A stretch of DNA of 64,000 nt, from NCBI RefSeq assembly GCF_009914755.1, contig NC_060942.1; one strand, written 5' to 3'. Positions 55,458 to 64,000 of the stretch are shown in pieces. A program made the position numbers and the translations under genes. Origin of the DNA: the human T2T-CHM13v2.0 reference genome, Homo sapiens. Positions within the stretch are counted from its first letter, which is position 1, and each line of letters starts with the position of its first letter. Under the pieces are notes generated by a model. That model saw nothing but the letters and a program-made list of their open reading frames with translations. It was not told where the DNA came from and did no database searches.

Positions 55458-56383
55458 GCGTCTTAGTCACTTTGGCCTGCTCTAACAAATTACCGTAGAT
55501 GGTGATGTAAACCACAAACACTGATTTATCACTGTTCTGGAAAGTTGCAGGGGCCCGCATGGTCAGATTCTTGGTGAGGGCACTCTTCCTGGCCCTGTCC
55601 TCATCTGGCCTTCCCTTGGTGCATGCATGGAGAGAGATACAGATGCAGGGGAGGAAACTTTGTGTGTCTCTCTTTTTATAAGGACATTAATCCCATCATG
55701 AAGGCCCCACCTAATCTAACCCTAATTGCCCACCACAAGCCCCACCTCCAAATACCATCACATGGGGATCAGGCTTTCAACAAATGAATGTTGAAGGACA
55801 CATTCAGTTTTTAACAACATTCCATCCCTGACCCCTCAAAATTCATGTGCTTCTCTCATACAAAATACGTTCAGTCCATCCCTACAACCTGAAAAATCTT
55901 AACTCCTTTCAGCATCAACTCTAAAACCTAAAGTCCAAAGTCTCATCTAAATATCATTCAGGCTGGGTGCGGTGGCTTACACTTGTAATTTCAGCACTTA
56001 GGGAGCCCCCCACAAGTGATCCTGGGAGAATCACTTGATCTCAGGAGTTCAAGATGAGCCTGGGCAACATGGCAAAACTCCATCTCTACAAAAAATTTTA
56101 AAAATTAGCCAGGAGTGGTGGTGCAGGCCTGCAGTCCCAGCTGAAGTGAGCAGATCACTTGAGCCAGGAGGTCAAGGCTACAGTAAGCAGAGATTGTGCC
56201 ACTGCACTCCAGCCTGAGCAACAGAGTGAGACCCTGTCTCAAAAAAATAAAAATAAAAAATAAATATAATCTAAATCACATATGGTTGAGACTCAAGGTA
56301 TGAGTCATTCCCAGGCAAAATTCTTCTCCAGCTGTGATCCTGTGAAACCAAGCAAGTTATGTAATTCCAAAATACAATACAGG
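55458..56383 (-). mobile_element. MLT1 (MaLR) LTR plus internal fragment, with an Alu at ~55961-56260
   Basis: tcttagtc...gctctaacaaattacc...tttttataaggacattaatcccatcatga...ccccacctccaaataccatcacatgggg, typical MLT1. Confidence 0.7.
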
Positions 56384-56769
<386 letters not shown>

Positions 56770-57839
56770 TCACACCTGGCTCATGCGCCAGCAGGAATTG
56801 GGCACCCTCCAGAGACTGCAGGAGAACGGGGAGGACTTCTCCTTGCCCTGGCTGTTCCTCCACCACTTCCACTGAGGCAGTATGGCACCTGAAGCTTCCT
56901 ACCCACCCAAGGCCTGGCTGGGCAGGCACCGCAGTGCTCCTACTCCTCCCCTTCCCAGCCCCCGGACTTGCTGTTGCTGCCGCCGCTAGTGCCAATGGCA
57001 ATACGACTGCTGCTGTCACCCTCAATGCACTGGCCCACCCTACAAGGCTCCTACCATCTTGACCACTGCCGCAGCACTGCCCCTGCCATGGCCACAGCCA
57101 GCTGTCTTCCTACCGCATGCTGCAGTCTCCATAGCAGCCACCAAATGCAGCAAGGCAAGCGGCAGCCGTAGGCCATCTGCAGGCTCCAGCCTCCAGTGTG
57201 CGACAGGTGACCCTCCTTTTCCTGGCACAGAGCAGCTAGGCAGGCAAAGCCAGAAAAGCCTAGAGGAGGATGCAGGGAGTGGTAGCGTTAGAGCCTCACC
57301 TTATCATGCTGGCCACTGGGTGGCAGGGGCCGGTTTCATTGAAGGCACTCATACCCACCCTCCAAAGTCCAGCCTCTCCTTTTGGCCCAAGCTGGCCAGG
57401 AACTGGGGACTGGAAACAACGCATTGCCCAACTCCCCACTCCACTGGAACTGCTGGGCTCCCCAGAGCTATTGTCCTTGGGGAGGAGAACCAGCAGCAAC
57501 TCAGACCCAGCCAGCCCTCCCACCCAAGTGCTGGTTCCCGATCCTGGTGCCTCCACCCACAGAGCCCCATCCCCCTGTGGTGTCTGCTACTCCCTGTCCT
57601 GCAGGCCCAGGGGTCCCAGGCAGTCTCCATAACACAGAGTAAGAGGGTGCAGGCCCAGGAACCACCACGGGTGTGGGGGCCCTGCCATGCTCAGGATTCC
57701 TGAAGAAACAGTGTGCATTTGCCCTGCTCGAGCAGGAGCAGGAGGAGGTCACCTTCCAGAGTCTGGAGTCCGGGGAGAGGAGGAAGACTCCTTCCTTGGA
57801 GGCTACTGCTGTTGCTGCAACCTTTGCTGCCACCAGCAG

Positions 57840-59310
57840 GGCAGCCCCTGATAGTGCCTCTAACCTGCTGCCTGCTGCCAACAGTATAGCCCCGGGATAT
57901 TGCCCCTAACGCCCCCGCTCCCTACTCGCTGCCACAGTGTAGCACCTGATAGAGCCCCCAACCTCGGACACTGCAGCACCAGATAGTGCCACCAACCTGC
58001 CCCCTGCCATGGGCAATGCAGCCCGATAGTGCCCCCAACCCGCTCGTTGCTGTGGGCCATGCAACCATGGATAGGACCCCCAACCAACCCCCCACTATGG
58101 GCAGTGATGCCCCAGAAAGTGTTGTAACCTGCTCCCCACCATGAATAGTGCAGTCACAGATCCTTAAGGCCCCCAACCCACTCCCCATGATGGGCAGTGC
58201 AGCCCCAGATAGTGGATAGCACCCCCAACCATCCCCCAGCCTTGGGGAACGACACCCTGGATAGCGCACCCAACCCACACCCCACCATGGGCAGTGCAGC
58301 CCCAGATAGTGGATAGCACCCCCAACCATCCCCCAGCCTTGGGGAATGACACCCTGGATAGCGCACCCAACCCACACCCCACCATGGGCAGTGTAGCTCC
58401 CAAAAGTGCCTCTAACCCATATGCTGCTGCCAGCAGTGTAGTCCTTGATAGTGCACCAAACCCGATCCCCGCCACAGGCAGTGCAGCAGCTGATAGCACC
58501 CCTCACTTGCCCACACTGACTTCCATGCAGTCACTGATGGTGCCCACAACCCACCCCACCACCCTGCCTGCCACCGGCTGTGGGTATTGCCCCTAAACTG
58601 CCCCTTGCCATGGGCTGTGTAGCCCCCTATAGGGCACCCAATCCACCCTCTATCATGGGCAGTTTGGCCCCCAGTAGCACCCGAAAACCCCCCTACACAT
58701 CTCTGCACCCCCCCCGTCCCCCACTGGCAGTGTAGCACCATAAGATACTGCCCCTAACCTATCCCCTGCCACGGGCATTGCAGTCCTAGTAGTGCTGCCA
58801 AGCCACCCCCCACCATGGGCAGTGCAGCCATGGATAGTGCACCCAACAAGCCCCCCGTCGTGGGCAGTGCAGCCCCAGATAGCACCCCCACCTCGCTCCC
58901 CACCATGGGCAATGCAGCCAGACCAGTCAGTGCCCCACCAGTCCCCCCAACCCCCACACCACCGGCAGTGTAACCCCAATAGTGCCCCCAACCTGCTCAG
59001 TAGCACTTTCAACCTGCCCCACTGCTGCCAGCAATACAGCCTAGGATAGCACCCCCAACCCGACCTCCAATGAAGGCAGTGCAGCCCAGGAGAGCTTCCT
59101 CAATCTGCTCCCTGCCAAGGGCCGTGCAACCCCGGATAGCGCCCTCAAGCGGCCAGCCCCGCAGCCCCCAGCTGTATAGAGGGTAATAGTGCCCCCAACC
59201 ACCCCCACTCCCCGTAGCATGCAGGCAGCGCAGCCCCAGATAGCACACCTAAAGTAGTGACGCCCAGAATAACACCCCCAACCAGCAGCCCCGGATAGCG
59301 CACATACCCT
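57840..59310. repeat. Degenerate GC-rich tandem array, ~43-47-bp unit, roughly 30 copies
   Basis: Recurring GGCAGTGCAGCCCCRGATAGYRCCCCCAACC...CCATG with GATAG at ~45-bp spacing. Confidence 0.9.
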
Positions 59311-61014
59311 GTTGCCCTTCTACGCTCTGGCTGGCTGCAGTCTCAGTCTTTGCCACCAACCACAGCGAGGTGAGCAGTGGTGCCGCAGGCTCCAGCCTCC
59401 AGCTTCCAGCCTCCAGCCTGTGGCAAGTGACTCCTCCTTCTTCCCTTCCTGTAGCCAGGCATGGAGCAGCTCTCACTGCCAGCTGCCTCCTACCGTTCCA
59501 TCCACTCTGCAGTCTCCATCTAGGTTCCTGGCATGGCAGTAAGAGTTCTACTAATGGCCAACTCAGTACTTCTAGCTCTCCCTGCCTCCCTGCCGGACCT
59601 GCACATGCCTGAGGCCTGCCAGTGACACTGGGACTTGATGGGACTCAGGGGGGTTAAAGTGTAAGGGAAGAGAAAGAGATGCTTATAGCAATGAAATAAG
59701 CAAAGGAAAAATAGACATGAGTAATTTTCCCATGATGATTACTCAGCAAACCCACATAAACTCTTTTCATTTTTCTCAACCACGAATCCTTAGTCCTCCC
59801 TCTATGGGGTGCTCACATCAGATTCTACCCAGGTAAGCACAGAGCTTTCTGTGTCTGGAAGTGAAAGTGCCAAGCCTTGCCAGGGTCACCCAAAGGGGAG
59901 CAGGGGTTGATGGCTCCAGGACTTCAGAGGCCACCCTTCCAAACTGCCTCATTTTAAACAGAAAACTGAGGCTGAAAGAAGGAAGCAAATTGCCAACATC
60001 TTCTAGAGCTACCAATCCCAGAGAAAGATGAAAGAAACCTGGCAAAGTAAATTAGAGTTCCCAAATCACCACAAGTGTAAAAGTCAACAGGCAGGCACCA
60101 AAACTAATAATATCTTCACACAGAACTTGAAATGCAACTCTCTCTTTGATTACCAGGAAACCCCAGCTCAGGGTTCTAAATCTATCATGTACCCTTTGAC
60201 ATTTTTTTTCCTCCATTAACACTCACTTTATCCAAATATGCCCCCTCAGAGATGGAGTCCAAAGCTGGTTTCTGGAAGGAGACAGAGAGAGACCCCTCTG
60301 GTCCCGTGTCATAAGCCTGTGGGGCAGGTCAAGACTGCCTCTTGCCATGGCCCTTCTCTCTCTTTGGTAAACAGCAGCCTGCTCCACTTGGGAGCACACC
60401 CAATATGGCATGACTGGGATCCCACATGACTGAGGGTCCAGGATGGACATATAAGAGATTTTAAAGAAAAGTTTATCCTCCTCACCTTTTCCCTCTGCCT
60501 AGTAACAATACAATCTACACACTAGCTCCTCTAGAAAAGTCTGCACAGTGAGAACTGACTATGTGCTCCCAGCATTTAGAGACTTGCTGTAAAGCCAACC
60601 CAGGAATATCAGGGCATTTCACTGCAGATGGTCAGTTGACCAACCCCCTTTGGAAGCTATTCAACAGGTGTGACCATGGCACAATGACCTGGAAACAGGC
60701 ATCTCTCACCCTTCCTCTGTTAAAAAACCTGAAATCCTGAAAAGGCAGAGCAGATACAATATTTTTACCTTTTCATTTCCATCCTAAACTTTCACCACTC
60801 CAAAAAATCTAAAATGATCTTTCATAGAATAACTCCACTTAAATGCCCTCAGAACTTTAGCTGCTATATGCGTTGGTTTGGAATGCAGTTTGAAGTATTT
60901 GAGGTTGTTCTAATTCTGCAAAATGAAAAGGGAAGCTAGGCAAATACTGAAACTTGCAACCACAATATCTCATTACTTTGCTGAATAAATTGTATAAATT
61001 TAAAATAGAAAAGT

Positions 61015-61582
61015 CACAGCACTCCCTGCCTAGGCCAAGTAACTATTGGTAGTGCTCACAAGCCTGCAGGGCTTGGAGGATCTCCTGATCCCAGGCAGTA
61101 CCTTCAAGTCCCAAATGTTGTGGAAGTGCAAAGGATCTCCCAGGCACGCTATTAGCCTTTGCCTTTGGAGCTCCACAGCCACTATCTTATTGGAGTAGCT
61201 GTAGTTGCAGATCTCAGTTCCCTTTTTCAAGTGGCAAACCTTTAGCTTCCTCTGAGCTTTGAGGTTCAAAATGGCCACTAAGGTGCTTGACAACAATTTT
61301 CTATAATGCACGCATCTTCGGTATCAGTGCAATTCAGGGATCTGTTCCAGCTTATCCACAGAAGAAGGGAGAAAAATTTATAACTGGACTTACTACCCAC
61401 AGCTAGGGATGTGTCCTTGTTGGAGTTGGCCCAGCTGGCACCGGCCTCTGATCTGGCTCCCCCGGTTCACAGCTGGGTGCACAGGGGTTGCGATGTGCTC
61501 AGGGTGTGCGCCAGTCCCACTTTCTGCCTCGGTGGCTGCCACTACCTCTCTGGGATCAGCCACAACCTTGTCCCGTCCCTCC
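61015..61582 (-). pseudogene. Processed pseudogene fragment of WIPI2 (5' UTR plus N-terminal ~150 codons)
   Basis: The - strand reads ...EAGA...[28 protein letters not shown]...CTDTEDAC...[50 protein letters not shown]...HNIWDLKVL...SYLA*. Intronless, start codon decayed to GTG (~61468-61470), multiple frameshifts. Confidence 0.9.
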
Positions 61583-63400
61583 TTGTTTTTCTAGTTTCTT
61601 GAAGTAGAAAGTTAATTATCGTTTTGAGGCCTTTCCTCTTTTCTGAGGTTAACATTTAGTGCTGTTAATTTCCCTATCAGCAGGGCTTTATTCAATTCCA
61701 TGAATTTCTAAAATTTATTTTGAGGCTTTTTCTTTGATCCAAATATTATTTAGAAGTCTGTTGTTTCATTTCCAAGTGGTTGGATATTTTGCTGTTGTCT
61801 TTCTACTATGAATTAATTCATAGTTTGATTCATTTCATTATGGCCAGAAAACACACTCGGAATGATTTCAGTTCTTTTATACCTGCTGAGGTTGGTTTAT
61901 GGCCCAGGATATGGTTTATCTTCCTGAATAGTCCATGAGCACTTGAGAAAAAGTGTATATTTTGCTGTTGGGCACTGTTCCGTAAATGTTGCTTCTACCC
62001 TATTGGTTGATGGTGCTCTCCTGTTCTATGTCTGCTAGTAATTTAACGCCTAGTGATTCTACCAACTGCTGAGAGTGAGGTGGTCAGACTTACAACTAGA
62101 ATTTAAAATGTGCCTATTTCTCCTTTCAGCTCAGTCAGTTTTATTTTGTGTACTTTGAGGTTCTTTTGTTTGGTGGGGACATATTTAGGATAACTGCATT
62201 TTTGTTGGATTGATACTTTTATCGTTATATAGTGATCTTTTTGCCCACGAGTTTTCTTTGCTCTAGAGTCGACTTTATGTGATATCAATGGGGCCACTCT
62301 TACTTTGATTTGAATAATGTTTGTATGGTATATCTTTTTCTATTCTTTATCAACTCATGTTGTTAACTATGTTATGAATTTCCTATAAATATTTTAGAAT
62401 TATGTTTCTTGTTCTTTCCACTCTGTCAATTTGTATTTTGATACACATTGATTATTTACATTTAAGATAAATATTGCTATGTTAGGCTGCTATTTTATTT
62501 GTTTTGTTTTCTCGGTTTTTCATTCATCTATTACCATTTTCTTATTTTCCTGTTGGTTATATCAACATTTTTTAGATTCCATCTTGTTTATTTACAGTGT
62601 TTCTAAGCACAATACTCTTTATCGTTTTCTTAGCAGTTCTAGATATTAAAGTGTGCATATGTAACTTATCACAGTCTATTAGTCAGCATTTTACCACTTC
62701 AAGTGAAATGTAGAAAGCTTCATTCTACTTAGATCCCTTTACCCTCCCCCCTTTTAAATAGAATTAAGTATTTCCTCTACATACAGAGCATTTTTCTCCA
62801 AACATCAAATATGATGTCAGAAACTCATGAGAAACAGATTCTATTACATTTCCCCCTATTTCTGCCAACCTCCAATGTTCTTTCTTTCCTGTGTTCCCAG
62901 CCTTCCTGCGTTATATACTTTCTATTTAGAGAACCTCCTCTAGTCATCTTTTTAAAGGTAGGTTTGCTAGCAACATTTTCTCTTAGTTTTCCTGTCTGGT
63001 AAGCTTTTTATTTCCCTTTGTTCATGAATATAGTTTCAAAAGATAGAGAATTTTGTTATGGTTCTTTTCTTTCAGTATCTGAGAAAATGTCCTACACTTC
63101 CTTCTGGCCACCATGGATTCAGATGAGAAATCTGCCATTCTTTTATGTAGGGAATGTGTTATTTATCTCTGGTTACTCTGAAGATTTTGTCTTTAGTTTT
63201 CAAAAATTTAATTATGATTTGCCTTCACCATGGATTTATTTAAAATTATCTTATTTGATGTTATCTCAGATTCTTGAATGTGTAGTTTCATAACTTTTGC
63301 TAAATTTGGGACATTTTCAGCCATTATTTTTTAAAATACTTTAAATACCTCTCTCCTTTCCTTCTGGTACTCTGATGTTACAAATATTCGTTATATGGTT
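61583..63400 (-). mobile_element. Old L1 (L1M-type) antisense fragments
   Basis: T-rich; ttatttagaagt...tttccaagt...ggccagaaaacacactc...tatggcccaggatatgg...cttgagaaaaagtgtatatt resembles antisense L1 ORF2. Confidence 0.7.
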
Positions 63401-64000
63401 ATCACCCCACTTTCTAAATATTGAGAGAATCAAATCTCGTCTCATTCCCTTTAGGCCTTTCGGTTTTGTCCAAGCCACCACAATCACTCAGGAGGGAAAC
63501 GACCACAGCTCCTTAATGAGCTCTATATGTTATGCCCTGCCTAGTATTTTCTCTATAGAGAAAATATACAGAAATATAGAGAAAACTCCCATACAAACAT
63601 AAACCAGACGTTGCTCATTTGTTGAAAATCTACCACTAAATTAAGAATAAAATGAATTTACTGAATAAAGCTTACGATAGGCTCACCTTTGGAGTCTACT
63701 GCCTCCTGACATCACCTCCTGCCTTCTCCCTTCAGCCACTGCGACTTTTTTTGTTATTCCTCAAAACCACCAAGCACATTCCTGCCCATGGCTAGCAGCT
63801 GCTGTTACCCCTGCTAAAAAGAGGCAGAATCCTCATGTCTCACAGTCATTTCAGTCAAATTTCTGCTCTTCTGTTGATCTCAGTAAAGTTTCCCATGACT
63901 ATTCCTTCAAGAAGCCCACTCAGTCTAATCTTGCTTTATTTTTTTTAATAGTCTTTAAAACCACAGAACATTTAATATACATGAACATCTGTTTATGTGT

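Noticed and set aside
60769-60915. Exon-like 147-bp segment on the - strand (strong acceptor, AG|GTAAAA donor)
   Set aside because: No open frame or recognisable homology; cannot be supported as an exon without transcript data.

Overview
Alu-dense primate genomic DNA, almost certainly human chr18p11.21 (location recalled, not checked). The + strand carries coding exons 2-8 of IMPA2 (myo-inositol monophosphatase 2) at 9771-41193. All have GT-AG boundaries in phase, totalling 771 nt including the stop; exon 1 lies upstream of the window and an AATAAA signal sits at 41594. Downstream are an orphan CpG island with CTCF-like motifs (~49000-50100), a TSD-flanked 5'-truncated TERF1 retrocopy (- strand), ERV1/MaLR LTR remnants, a degenerate ~45-bp GC-rich tandem array (~57840-59310), a 3'-truncated WIPI2 retrocopy (- strand) and old L1 sequence. 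The most unusual non-coding signals are a ~166-bp, ~95%-identical non-Alu inverted repeat in IMPA2 intron 5, a near-consensus REST/RE1 site in intron 2, and a ~4.3-kb block bounded by two truncated elements that looks like an inserted duplicon. I see no convincing new protein-coding system; most listed ORFs are Alu, low-complexity or GC-rich artefacts. Repeat family names and boundaries are by eye and approximate.
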